Of a stretch of 64,000 bases of DNA, positions 1 to 9,406 are shown piece after piece. Numbering within the stretch: position 1 is the first letter of the stretch; every line of letters begins with the position of its first letter. Source of the stretch: an uncultured delta proteobacterium (GTDB lineage: Bacteria > Myxococcota_A > Polyangia > Polyangiales > Houyiibacteriaceae); NCBI GenBank assembly GCA_963699755.1, contig CAVOVB010000002.1, forward strand, positions 64,001-128,000, read 5' to 3'. A model generated the notes under the pieces. That model saw only the letters and a list, made by a program, of their open reading frames with translations, was not told the DNA's origin and did not search any database. A program made the position numbers and the translations under genes.

Positions 1-7
1 GCGCACC

Positions 8-1858
8 CTACCCGCCGAGGCGGGCCAGCGCCAGGTCGTGTGCCTCGTTGTAGTAGCGGCCGAGATTGTGCCAGTCGAACTGATCGCTGAAGGATTCGAC
101 GGAGTTACGTAGAATGATCCGTTCGCGTCGACCGAGGGCCGCGAATCGCATGAGCCGGTCGGTTAGCTCGTCAGCGGCGCGATGGAAGTCGTTGTGTCGG
201 CGGGGTACGACGTAGATGCCGTTGGAAGCGCAGTCTGGCCCCAACTGCTGTAGGTATGAGCCGAAACCCGACAGGTCGCTGGTGACCGCCGGCACGCCCA
301 GCGCGATCGACTCCAGCGGCGTGTAGCCCCAGGGCTCGTAGAAGCTCGGGAACACGCCCAGGTGGCAGCCGCGAACGAACTGCTCGTACTCCATTCCGAA
401 AAGAGGGCTCGTGGCCTGTACGAAATCGGGGTGGAAGACGACCTTGACCGGATCGTCCTCGTGGTTGAACAGCCGGCAGCTGCGCAGCTGGTTCAGAACT
501 GGGTCGTCGGCCTCGTCGACGAGGTCGTGAGTGACGATGCCCGGCGGGGCCTCGCTCTTCCAGGCTTGAATCGCGCGACGCAGGCGTAGCCGCCAGTAGT
601 CGTCCATCAAACCGTTGAGGTCGGGGATCTCGCCGGACGAGGCGGCGAGGAAAAGCCCGTCGCCGACGGCCTCCTTCACCGCGTTGGAGGCAGTGCGGAA
701 CTCCTGGAGCATCGCTCGGCTCTGCAGCGCGCGGACGTTGATCGAGCGGAACGGCGCTTTGGTGATGATGAAGAAGACGACCGTCACGGGGCTGCCCGCC
801 TCCCGGAGCCGGTGGTTCAGCCGGGCCAGCGCCTCGATCGTCAAGTTCATGCCCTTGTTGAAGTACTCGTACCGGCCCGAGGTGAACATGTAGAGTGTCT
901 TGTCCAGGTCGAACTTGTAACTCGGGAAGAAGTGCCCCATCGAGAACTCGTGGAGCCGTTCCTTGTATTGCTGGTGCAGCGTTTGGAACTCGTGGATCGC
1001 GGTGAACCGGCGGATGTTCAGCCCGTTGGGAAGGAGCATGTCGGGCGTGCGCCTGAGCAGATGGGTGCACTCCTCCGCGGTGATGTCTGAGACGGTGGTG
1101 AATACCTGCGCCGCATGGGCGGCGGCCTTTTCGATTTGGTGCTGGGCTTGCACGTTGAATTTCTTGGCCTCCTGGTCCCCATCGAGGAAAGGCAGGTGGT
1201 CGTAGAACGCTGTGTTGCCGGTCGCCAGATAGCGGCCGACCAGGGTCGCGTGCGTGGTGAAGACGAGCGAGCCCGGCCAGTGTTCCTTGCGCAGCATCGG
1301 GATCGCCATACCCGCCTGCCACTCGTGAAAGTGGGCCACGATTCGGGGGCCCTGGGACTGCTCCTGCGCGAGGTTCGACAGCAGCGCGCGGCACATCTCC
1401 CCGAAAGCCACGGCGTCGTTTACGTTCGCCTCGTCGCTTGCAGGGATCCCGTGGTCGGCCCAGATCCGGTATTTGATCTCATGAAGTGTCCCGCCGACCG
1501 ATCCGACGTCCAGCAGCACCACGTGCGGACGGCCACTGACCAGCCAGCGCCCGTAGTGGGCGCGGTAGCCCAGATTCCGCAGCCGCTGAACCGCCTGGCC
1601 AACCGGGCCGACGAGCGGCGCCGGCTCGAATTCGACCTCAGCGCTGTGTGGCTCGTAGGGACCCACGAGGCAGTACCGCTCGCCCCAGCGGCTCATCATG
1701 CTCGGGACCTTGGACCGGAGGACCGTGTAAACCCCGCCCACCTGATTGCAGACCTCCCAGGCGACCTCCATCAGCATCGGCTCGACCGGGCGCATGGCGA
1801 CGCCCGCCGGATTCTCCGGGTGCGTCTCAGCTGTCGACGGGAGGGTGGATGGAGCCAT
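8..1858 (-). CDS. Glycogen synthase, GT3 family (fungal/animal type)
   Basis: EVAWEVCNQVGGVYTV, AHFHEWQAG, FTTHAT, SGRYEYFNKG, RGCHLGVFPSFYEPWGYTPLE (EX7E) and the C-terminal RRERIILRN helix match yeast/mammalian glycogen synthase, not bacterial GT5 GlgA. Confidence 0.93.
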   Translation of the reverse strand: MAPSTLPSTAETHPENPAGVAMRPVEPMLMEVAWEVCNQVGGVYTVLRSKVPSMMSRWGERYCLVGPYEPHSAEVEFEPAPLVGPVGQAVQRLRNLGYRAHYGRWLVSGRPHVVLLDVGSVGGTLHEIKYRIWADHGIPASDEANVNDAVAFGEMCRALLSNLAQEQSQGPRIVAHFHEWQAGMAIPMLRKEHWPGSLVFTTHATLVGRYLATGNTAFYDHLPFLDGDQEAKKFNVQAQHQIEKAAAHAAQVFTTVSDITAEECTHLLRRTPDMLLPNGLNIRRFTAIHEFQTLHQQYKERLHEFSMGHFFPSYKFDLDKTLYMFTSGRYEYFNKGMNLTIEALARLNHRLREAGSPVTVVFFIITKAPFRSINVRALQSRAMLQEFRTASNAVKEAVGDGLFLAASSGEIPDLNGLMDDYWRLRLRRAIQAWKSEAPPGIVTHDLVDEADDPVLNQLRSCRLFNHEDDPVKVVFHPDFVQATSPLFGMEYEQFVRGCHLGVFPSFYEPWGYTPLESIALGVPAVTSDLSGFGSYLQQLGPDCASNGIYVVPRRHNDFHRAADELTDRLMRFAALGRRERIILRNSVESFSDQFDWHNLGRYYNEAHDLALARLGG

Positions 1859-2006
1859 GCTGACGACCGACCTTCAGGGTGCTTCGCGTCCTTTGATTGT
1901 ACGGTCGTAGGGCGTGCTTTGCACCATCATCCCAGCCGGCCGATCACAATTGCTCGAGGCAATCCTTTGGGCTCCCTTCCCTCGCGGCGCCGCCGCACGC
2001 GCGCTC

Positions 2007-3461
2007 TCACCCTAGGGCGACGGTCACGCTCTTGAGCTCGGTCCAGTCCTCGAGGCCGTGCCGGCTTCCCTCTCGGCCAAGACCGCTTTCCTTCCAACCG
2101 CCAAAAGGCACCTCGGCCGTGCTCACCAGCCCGGTATTGACCCCGACCATTCCGGCCTCGAGCGCTTCGTATCCGTGTACGAGGCGACGGAAGTCGCGGC
2201 CGTATAGGTATGCGATCAAACCAGCGGGTGTGCTGTTCGCCAACGCAATGCCCTCGGCGTCGCTCCCAAAACGCGTGAGTGGCGCAACCGGTCCGAACAC
2301 CTCCTCCCGGCTGATTCGCATATCTGCGGTGACGTCCTCGAGCAAGGTTGGCATGAAGAACGTGCCCCCCGCTTCGGCTTCACGACCTCCAACCGTTGCA
2401 CGAGCACCGGCCGTACGAGCTTCCGCGACTAGGGCCCGGACTTTGTCAAAGCCTCGGCGATCGATGAGTGGGCCAATCTGCACGTCGGGCTCGAGCCCTG
2501 GCCCAATGCGCAACGCGGCAATGGCGTCGGCAAGGCCATCCCGGAAACGCTCGTAGATCCCGTCCTGAACCAGAATTCGATTCGCAGCCACGCAGGTCTG
2601 ACCTGCATTCCGGAACTTGGCGACCAAGCAGCCCGCCACCGCACCGTCTACATCGGCATCATCGAGAACCACGAAAGGTGCGTTGCCGCCGAGCTCTAGG
2701 CTCACCCGCTTTACAGTTGCGGCGGACGCTTCGAGCAGCTTCTTTCCGACTGTAGTCGATCCCGTGAAGCTGAGCTTGCGTACCCGTGCGTCCGCGATGA
2801 GCGCGGCACCAAGGTCGGCAGCGTCGTCACGGTTCCCCGTCAGAACGCTGAAGACCCCGGCGGGGATACCCGCTTGTTCCGCAATCGCGGCGAGGGCCAA
2901 GGCCGAAAGCGGGGTGGCCTCCGCCGGCTTGAGGATCAATGGGCACCCGGCGGCGAGCGCCGGCCCGAGCTTCCGTGTGATCATCGCGGAAGGAAAATTC
3001 CACGGAGTGATCGCGGCGCCCACTCCAATCGGCTGACGGAGGACCAAGACGCGCTGGTCTGCGGCTGGAGCGGGAATGATCTCGCCGTAGTTTCGCCGAG
3101 CTTCCTCCGCGAACCAGGTCAAGAACGACGCCGCGTAGCGAATCTCGGCGCGCGACTCGGAAAGTGGTTTGCCCTGCTCGTGGGTGAGCAAGCGCGCTAG
3201 CTCTTCTTCACGGCGCTCCATCGTGCGGGCCATGCGGTGGAGGGGCTCGGCTCGGTCCCGCGCAGACAGGCTCCGCCAGCGCTCGAAGACGCGCACTGCA
3301 GCGTCGATTGCCGCCAGAGCTTCTTCGGCGCCACAGCGCGGCACGCTCCCAATCGTCGCGCCCGTGGCCGGGTCCTGCACCGCGAGCTCCGATCTGGTTT
3401 CGACCCATTCGCCTCCTATGTAGGCGCGATCCCGGAGCAAGGAGGTATCGCCAGAGCCCAT
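2007..3461 (-). CDS. gabD: NAD(P)-dependent succinate-semialdehyde dehydrogenase
   Basis: ITPWNFPSAMITRK, KPAEATP, FTGSTTVGK, LELGGNAP, FRNAGQTC, EEVFGP, PFGGWKESGLGREGS. Confidence 0.9.
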   Translation of the reverse strand: MGSGDTSLLRDRAYIGGEWVETRSELAVQDPATGATIGSVPRCGAEEALAAIDAAVRVFERWRSLSARDRAEPLHRMARTMERREEELARLLTHEQGKPLSESRAEIRYAASFLTWFAEEARRNYGEIIPAPAADQRVLVLRQPIGVGAAITPWNFPSAMITRKLGPALAAGCPLILKPAEATPLSALALAAIAEQAGIPAGVFSVLTGNRDDAADLGAALIADARVRKLSFTGSTTVGKKLLEASAATVKRVSLELGGNAPFVVLDDADVDGAVAGCLVAKFRNAGQTCVAANRILVQDGIYERFRDGLADAIAALRIGPGLEPDVQIGPLIDRRGFDKVRALVAEARTAGARATVGGREAEAGGTFFMPTLLEDVTADMRISREEVFGPVAPLTRFGSDAEGIALANSTPAGLIAYLYGRDFRRLVHGYEALEAGMVGVNTGLVSTAEVPFGGWKESGLGREGSRHGLEDWTELKSVTVALG

Positions 3462-3562
3462 GGGCTATCGAGATAGCACGTGTGCGACGCGCAGGGGAGC
3501 TGCCGGACCATGGCTTTCGCCGAATTGCGCCTATCGAAGAGTCGTGAGCCGTCACGGACCCG

Positions 3563-4885
3563 TCACGAACCAAGGGCGAGAATCTCTTCGGCGGCGCGGC
3601 GGCCGCTGCGCATGGAGTGGTCCATGTTGAAGTACTGCCATTCGCCGAAGCGGCCTACGTTCCAGATGTCGTTCTCGCGCAGCCAGCTGCGGATGGTCTC
3701 GACCTTCCCTGCGTGGTCGAGGTCGTAGATGACGTATGCCGGATAGATCTTCTCAGTGTGGACGAGCTCGATCGTGTCGTCCTCCGTGATGAGCCCGGCG
3801 AGTTTCACGGCTTCGATGGTCTTCTCGACTGCAGTGTCCGTGTCGAGCGGTCGGTATTGCGAGAAGGCGACTTCGGTGGAGATCGCGCTCTTGCCAGGCG
3901 GGACCGTGTCGGGGCTGAAATTCGCCGGAAGCGAGAGTCGGTGGAAGGGAAACATGTCCTCGTAGTAATAGATCCAGTGCTTGTCCGAGATGTTCTCACG
4001 GTCGATGCCCAGGTTGACGCAGTGGATCCCCTGGTACTGAAGGCCGGCGCAGGCGCGTTTCACCGCAGGTGGGAGATCATCAATGAAATGCGGTAGAAAT
4101 GGCAGAGGCAGCGAATAGATGAGGCGTCGGAAGGGCACGATCTCGCCGTCGTCGAAGACCACTTGCTTCTTCGGTAGCTCGATCTTGACCGCGGTCCGCT
4201 CGAGGTGGATGTTCTCGACCCGGGCCGCCAGGGCTCGTGGCAGCGGCTCAATTCCCCCGCGCTTTGTGTACCAGAATTGAGAGGTTGCTCCGACCTGGCC
4301 GACTTCGTCCGTAAGGGCGCCATGGATGATGCGCTCCACGTCGGGTGTGGGCACCCTGCGGCCGATCCAGCTAAATTCCATGTGCTGGGGATCGATGGTC
4401 CAAATCTTCTTGGCGTAAGGGACCATGAGATGCTCGGTGATTCCTTCCCCGAAGAAACCACGCATCCATTCCAAGTAGTTGTTGGGATTGAACTCTCCCC
4501 GCGCTTGACGCTCGACAGCACGAACCAGGCCGTTCAGGCACTCGGCCACGAGTTCCGTCGGCAGACCGTGCAGATGGGCCTGGAACGGGAACCGCGTGTA
4601 GAGGTCGTGGGCATGATGGTAAATGTAGGCCTCGCGGTCCTGAGCGTGGAAGTTCTCCCCAAGCAGGTCCTGGATCAGCTCGCGAATCTCCTCGTCGATC
4701 GTGAAGAGGATGTGCGGGCCGTAGTCGAAGCGATAACCGTCAATCACCGCGGTTCGCGCCAGGCCGCCGGGCGTCGCATTGCGCTCGTAGACCTGCCACT
4801 CGTGCTCGCCAGCGCTTTGAAGTGTGTAGGCTGCAGAGAGCCCGGCCAAGCCTGCACCCAGGATGACGTCGCATCGCTCAGTCAT
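3563..4885 (-). CDS. FAD-dependent oxidoreductase, UDP-galactopyranose mutase / protoporphyrinogen oxidase-like
   Basis: GAGLAG Rossmann motif, FDYGPHILF histidine loop, C-terminal GRFGEWQYFNMDHS; lies in a polysaccharide locus. Confidence 0.72.
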   Translation of the reverse strand: MTERCDVILGAGLAGLSAAYTLQSAGEHEWQVYERNATPGGLARTAVIDGYRFDYGPHILFTIDEEIRELIQDLLGENFHAQDREAYIYHHAHDLYTRFPFQAHLHGLPTELVAECLNGLVRAVERQARGEFNPNNYLEWMRGFFGEGITEHLMVPYAKKIWTIDPQHMEFSWIGRRVPTPDVERIIHGALTDEVGQVGATSQFWYTKRGGIEPLPRALAARVENIHLERTAVKIELPKKQVVFDDGEIVPFRRLIYSLPLPFLPHFIDDLPPAVKRACAGLQYQGIHCVNLGIDRENISDKHWIYYYEDMFPFHRLSLPANFSPDTVPPGKSAISTEVAFSQYRPLDTDTAVEKTIEAVKLAGLITEDDTIELVHTEKIYPAYVIYDLDHAGKVETIRSWLRENDIWNVGRFGEWQYFNMDHSMRSGRRAAEEILALGS

Positions 4886-4888
4886 CGA

Positions 4889-5929
4889 CTAGGTACCGGC
4901 CTTGTCAACAGTCCGCTCAACGAGGCCCAGCACCGTCTCGACGTAACTACGAAACGTGTGGCGTTGCACAGACTCGAGCCCCCGCTTGCTGAAGCGCGCA
5001 CGGAGCGCGGCATCTCCGCTCAAGCTCTGAATCGCGGAGGCGAGAGCCGCTGCGTCGCCGGGCGGAACCAGCAAGCCGTTCTCGCCCGATTGGACGTAGT
5101 CCAGCGTCCCGACCGTTTCAGTAGCGATGACCGGCTTACCGATGGCCATCGCCTCGAGAATGACAACCTGGCCCCTGGAGCTCCTGATCTCGTTAAGGGG
5201 CACGATGACGAAGTCACAGCCATGCAACAGCTCCAGGTACCGTTCATAGGGCTGGTCGGCGAGCACGCGCGTGCGGCGTGGAAACTCCGCGCCTCGGAGA
5301 CTCGCCTCGTCCCCGAGCACGACCAAATCTAGGTCTAGATCCCGGACCGCCGCGGCGAGGAGTTGGTAGTCGCGCCCTGTCCTTCCAGCGCTGAACGCAT
5401 AGCCCAGCTCCTGCCCGACAAGCCCCGGGTTCACGACGTTCGTATGAAAGAAGACGAACTGGAAGCGCTCACGTGGAATCCCGAGACGCTCGCTGTAGAT
5501 GTCGATCTCTCCGAGCGCGGATGTGATCAGCAAGTCGGTCGACGCGAATGCTGCGCGCTGGAAGGCTCGCTTCAACTTCCAGAAAAGCGAATCCTTTTCG
5601 TCGTCCAGCATGAGCTCGAGATGGATGTGAACCGGCTGGCGGATGCGCAGCACGGTGCGCAAGAAACCGAAAACCTGCCCGCAGCGCAAGCCTGAGGTGA
5701 CGACGGCATCGTAGTTCGCTTGGTTAACCAAGAGCTTCAGCGCCTTGAGTACGATGCTGGGCGTCATGCTCTTGCGATCCAACCAACGACCCAGCGCACC
5801 GAACGAGCTGGTCTGCACGTCATCCACGAAATCCGTGGCCCTCGACCAGAGGGAATCCTGTTGAATATCGACGTCAGTGAGGATACGGGAGCTGCGGAAC
5901 GCCAGCGACTCCTGTCCCTGATTCGGCAC
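4889..5929 (-). CDS. Glycosyltransferase family 4
   Basis: GQVVILEAMAIGKPVIAT and NGLLVPPGDAAALA. The ORF track starts at 6052; the real start is probably GTG 5929 or GTG 5983. Confidence 0.85.
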   Translation of the reverse strand: MPNQGQESLAFRSSRILTDVDIQQDSLWSRATDFVDDVQTSSFGALGRWLDRKSMTPSIVLKALKLLVNQANYDAVVTSGLRCGQVFGFLRTVLRIRQPVHIHLELMLDDEKDSLFWKLKRAFQRAAFASTDLLITSALGEIDIYSERLGIPRERFQFVFFHTNVVNPGLVGQELGYAFSAGRTGRDYQLLAAAVRDLDLDLVVLGDEASLRGAEFPRRTRVLADQPYERYLELLHGCDFVIVPLNEIRSSRGQVVILEAMAIGKPVIATETVGTLDYVQSGENGLLVPPGDAAALASAIQSLSGDAALRARFSKRGLESVQRHTFRSYVETVLGLVERTVDKAGT

Positions 5930-5984
5930 AGCCTTTGCGCGGGAGGTCCCAACCGCTAACGTCTCCTGTCCCTCATTCAGCACA
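5909..5984. repeat. 22-bp imperfect direct repeat, two copies 54 bp apart
   Basis: ctcctgtccctgattcggcaca (5909-5930) vs ctcctgtccctcattcagcaca (5963-5984), 2 mismatches. Confidence 0.85.
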
Positions 5985-5996
5985 CTGTTCCCCAGG

Positions 5997-6809
5997 TTAC
6001 GGAGTATCCAGTTGGAAGGAGCCTCCACCAACGATGGTGAAGTGGTTCTCACCGACCAAGTCAGAAACGTTTTCTTCCAATTGAAAATTCTCGTCGCCCA
6101 TTCTCCATAGACTCGTCACGGAATCAGAAGAATCGTATCCGGGAAAATCGAATCGGACATTCTTGGGAGTTCCGTCGTTATACACGCCAGCGATGTTTTC
6201 ACTCGACAGGGTTGTGTTCCAGAATGCCACTTCGTCTAAGGAACCATGGAAGTAGTTTTCGCCCATCCCCTCCTTCGCGAACTGGATGTTTCCAACGGCG
6301 ACGAGCGGAGCCCGCTGATCTCCAAAGCCGACCTCCTCACCGTTGAGAAACAGCTTCGCATTCGCCGAAGCCGCTCGTGAATCGAAGGTGAGCATGACGT
6401 GATTCCAGTCTTGCGGATCGGCCACATCGGCTACGATCTTGGCACCGGGCACATTCTCGAAATCGGGCGTCACGTGAACACTGACCTGGTTCGAAGCTTC
6501 CCAGTAAACGCTAACTCGCATGGAGTCACTACCGGTTTCTAGCTCGGGATTGAGCTGGATCATCATCGCGCCAGCCGCGGGTGCCGCGGCTGCTTTGAAC
6601 CAGATAGAGAGTGAAAACATCTCGATGGGGCTACCGAGCGTGGTGGAAATGTTCCCTGCGCTCCCAAAGCCGTCCACTCCGTTGAAGAGCAAGGAGTAGT
6701 CATTCTCCGTGCTACCCGGAAAGTTCGGTCCATTCTCGTTGGCGTCCGAAGAGCACGCAGTGGAGAAGAAGCAAACCAAGAGAACTGCAATCGCTTTTGC
6801 AAAAGTCAT
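5997..6809 (-). CDS. LamG/concanavalin A-like domain lipoprotein
   Basis: Signal peptide ending FFSTAC (lipobox-like); YSLLFNGVD, FSLSIWFK, WNHVMLTFD, KLFLNG, YFHGSLDEVAFWN are typical LamG-3 motifs. Confidence 0.8.
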   Translation of the reverse strand: MTFAKAIAVLLVCFFSTACSSDANENGPNFPGSTENDYSLLFNGVDGFGSAGNISTTLGSPIEMFSLSIWFKAAAAPAAGAMMIQLNPELETGSDSMRVSVYWEASNQVSVHVTPDFENVPGAKIVADVADPQDWNHVMLTFDSRAASANAKLFLNGEEVGFGDQRAPLVAVGNIQFAKEGMGENYFHGSLDEVAFWNTTLSSENIAGVYNDGTPKNVRFDFPGYDSSDSVTSLWRMGDENFQLEENVSDLVGENHFTIVGGGSFQLDTP

Positions 6810-7081
6810 CGAACACCTCTACACATACTGATTGAAAAGCATGGGCCTGGGGAGCCCAGCATGAGACATGGAACGTATGCTAACAAACGGGAAAATCAGA
6901 AATGAGCCTTCGCGTAGCATCGTCGCGCGAGTGCTCGCAAGCGCTAGGTTCAAGGTTACGCAGGTCATAGGCAGGCGCGGTTCAAGAGAGTGACGTGCCT
7001 TACGAATCACTTCCTCACTTCCCTTCTCGCGATTGGGGAGAGTATACCCCCATAGCTTGCCGCTCTTGGGGCAACTGACAG

Positions 7082-8086
7082 ATGAGGTCTCTCGAACAAA
7101 CAATCACGGTGTTCTCCACGTTCCCAAGGGTTGATCGGATCGAGCTGCCTTCGTCGGTGAACCACATGCCTTTGACCGGAGAATCGTTTCTACGGCTTGC
7201 CAGGGCGTATTTGTCGAAGCGGCGCGAAGAGCGTTGCTTTCTCTTCAACGGCTTGTCCCGACAAGTCTGGGCGCTTGCGCTCCTCAAGTGCATCGTACCG
7301 AACCGAAGACGCAAACTGGTCGTGGTGGACATGATCCTCTCTGTGCCGACCACCTGGAGAGACCGACTCGTCATCTCCTTTCGCAGGAAACTATTTTCGA
7401 AAGTTGATCTATTCATCAGTTACGCCCGAAACACGAACGGCATTCAAGAGATCTATCGCTTGCCTGAATCCCGATTTCTCTACGTTCCATTCAAGGTGAA
7501 TGACTGGGAGATCGTCACGAAGCTGGAGACCGGAGACGATGGCTACATCGTGGTCGCGGGCCAAACGCGCCGCGACTTCGCCGCGTTTCGACGAGCGATC
7601 GAGCATTTGTCGATTCCAGTTCGGATTGTCGCGCCTACTCAAAGCGTGCTCTCTCAACATGGTTCCGTCCTCAGCTCCGAAGGCTGGCCGGAGCACGTGG
7701 TGTTCGTGAGAAATGCGCTCACCGCCGAAACATTTCTGCCGGAAATCGCACGAGCGCGTTTGGTTGTACTGCCGATCCTCGAAAAGAACATCACTCCTTC
7801 CGGTATCGGCGTATGCCTGGTTGCGATGGCTTTGCGCAAGTGCGTCGTGGTCAGCTCGGGGCCCGTGGCCGACGGATTGGTGGACGACGGACAGGCTATC
7901 GTCGTCCCGGCTGGCGATTGGGTCGCACTTCGTGATGCGATCGCGAACGCCTGGAAAGACTCGAAGCTCAGGGAGGCCACGGCTGAGAGAGGATTCGAGT
8001 ACGCGATGGCTCTGGGCGACGAGAAACGGCTCCACAAGGACATGTTCGACGCAATCGTCCGGCTGAGCCGCGGCGATGCGACGTAG
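7082..8086 (+). CDS. Glycosyltransferase, GT4-like (paralogue of 4889-5929)
   Basis: VAGQTRRDF, LVVLP, AMALRKCVVVS, IVVPAGDWVALRDAI. Confidence 0.78.
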   Translation: MRSLEQTITVFSTFPRVDRIELPSSVNHMPLTGESFLRLARAYLSKRREERCFLFNGLSRQVWALALLKCIVPNRRRKLVVVDMILSVPTTWRDRLVISFRRKLFSKVDLFISYARNTNGIQEIYRLPESRFLYVPFKVNDWEIVTKLETGDDGYIVVAGQTRRDFAAFRRAIEHLSIPVRIVAPTQSVLSQHGSVLSSEGWPEHVVFVRNALTAETFLPEIARARLVVLPILEKNITPSGIGVCLVAMALRKCVVVSSGPVADGLVDDGQAIVVPAGDWVALRDAIANAWKDSKLREATAERGFEYAMALGDEKRLHKDMFDAIVRLSRGDAT

Positions 8087-8128
8087 CGGCGCTCGTCGCT
8101 TCGCCCATTCGGGCAAGACTCTTTGCAG

Positions 8129-9406
8129 TCAGGCCGCCACATGGGAGTCCTTTCGTCCTAGTAGCGATGCGCGCGTCGTTTGCAGAAACCGATCGGCGAT
8201 ACGGTCTCGGTCGAATTGCTCAGCCACGCGGCCGAGGGCGTTCTTGCCTCTTTGGCGGGCCGTTTCCGGCTGAAGCGTGTTGAGCGCTTCAATCCACTCC
8301 GCTTCAGATTCCGCTCGAAAGTAGTCGCGTTGCGGGTCGAGCCCGATCCCTTCGACGCCTCGTTCCGTTCCGAGGCATGCGGTCGCGAAGAGGCTGCTCT
8401 CGATCGCCTTCACGCGGGTGCCGCTTCCGTAAAAAATAGGTACGAGGCTGATGATCGCAGAGTGGTAGTATTGAGCCACGGAGTCGACCTGGCCGAGAAA
8501 GCGGATTCGCGAATCGCGGAAGTACGGGGCAAGCCAGTTGCCGTCCCCGGAGCCCACGATGGTCAGCAAGTAAGGGCGAGTGACCTTGGGCCAGACCTTC
8601 TCCAAGAACCATCTCAGCCCATCGCGATTTGGCGGCCAGTCCAATCTCCCGATGAAGAGAAGCTGGCGCTCATCGGCAGGCGCGGGGCGCTGAGGCTTGG
8701 GTTCCATGCCAATGGGAAGGGGTTCGACGCGTGCCCGGGGAGCGATCTCCCGAAACCGACCGGCATCAGCGTCCGAAACCGTAAGGACCAATTGGGCAGC
8801 GTCACAGAGCGAAGCCTCGAACCGTTCGACGGCCTTTCCCTGCCACTCGAGGAGTCGCGCGGTCAAGCCGCGTTCTTGGGAAGCCGCTCGAAACCAGAGG
8901 TCTGCCTCGACATTGTGAGCACGATAGATCATCGGGACGCGCGGCCAGTCGGCGAGCTCCTGAAACCAGGCGGCGGCGTGCAAACCGTCAAACACGACCA
9001 CAGTCCCGGGCTCGGAGACCGCCCGAAAGAGCTTTCTGCAACCGTCCTTGGTCACGTACTGGGAAAGCGTCAGCGCTCGAGCGGGGTGGCGGAGCAGATT
9101 CTTCAGGTGAAGCACTCGCCCGGGCTTCGGTCTGCGAACGACGGTCGCCGACCGAATTCCCAGCGCACCGCGGGCTTCGAACTCCGAAACCTCTTCGCCC
9201 TGCGGCACGATGGCCAGCAGGTCGATGATTGCGCCTTTGAGACACAGGGCGCAAACTAGTTGTGTGGTCGCCTGCCGGGCACCGTCGCTTGCAGGCAATG
9301 GCCATTTTGGGGTGATCCAAAGAATTCGCTTCATCCCGATCGATGCGTCTTGACCGGTCGAGGACTCCGCAACGATTCCATCGGTAGTGAGGCCCAGCAT
9401 AGTCAT
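8129..9406 (-). CDS. Glycosyltransferase family 4
   Basis: RILWITPKWPLPASDGA, AHNVEA, LLFIGRLDWPPNRDGL, PIFYGSGTRVKAIE. ATG 9406 overlaps the upstream stop (ATGA); alternative start 9334. Confidence 0.87.
   Translation of the reverse strand: MTMLGLTTDGIVAESSTGQDASIGMKRILWITPKWPLPASDGARQATTQLVCALCLKGAIIDLLAIVPQGEEVSEFEARGALGIRSATVVRRPKPGRVLHLKNLLRHPARALTLSQYVTKDGCRKLFRAVSEPGTVVVFDGLHAAAWFQELADWPRVPMIYRAHNVEADLWFRAASQERGLTARLLEWQGKAVERFEASLCDAAQLVLTVSDADAGRFREIAPRARVEPLPIGMEPKPQRPAPADERQLLFIGRLDWPPNRDGLRWFLEKVWPKVTRPYLLTIVGSGDGNWLAPYFRDSRIRFLGQVDSVAQYYHSAIISLVPIFYGSGTRVKAIESSLFATACLGTERGVEGIGLDPQRDYFRAESEAEWIEALNTLQPETARQRGKNALGRVAEQFDRDRIADRFLQTTRASLLGRKDSHVAA

Noticed and set aside
6819..7103. 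94-aa minus-strand ORF between the LamG and GT genes
   Set aside because: No motifs and it overlaps the GT start; more likely a divergent promoter region
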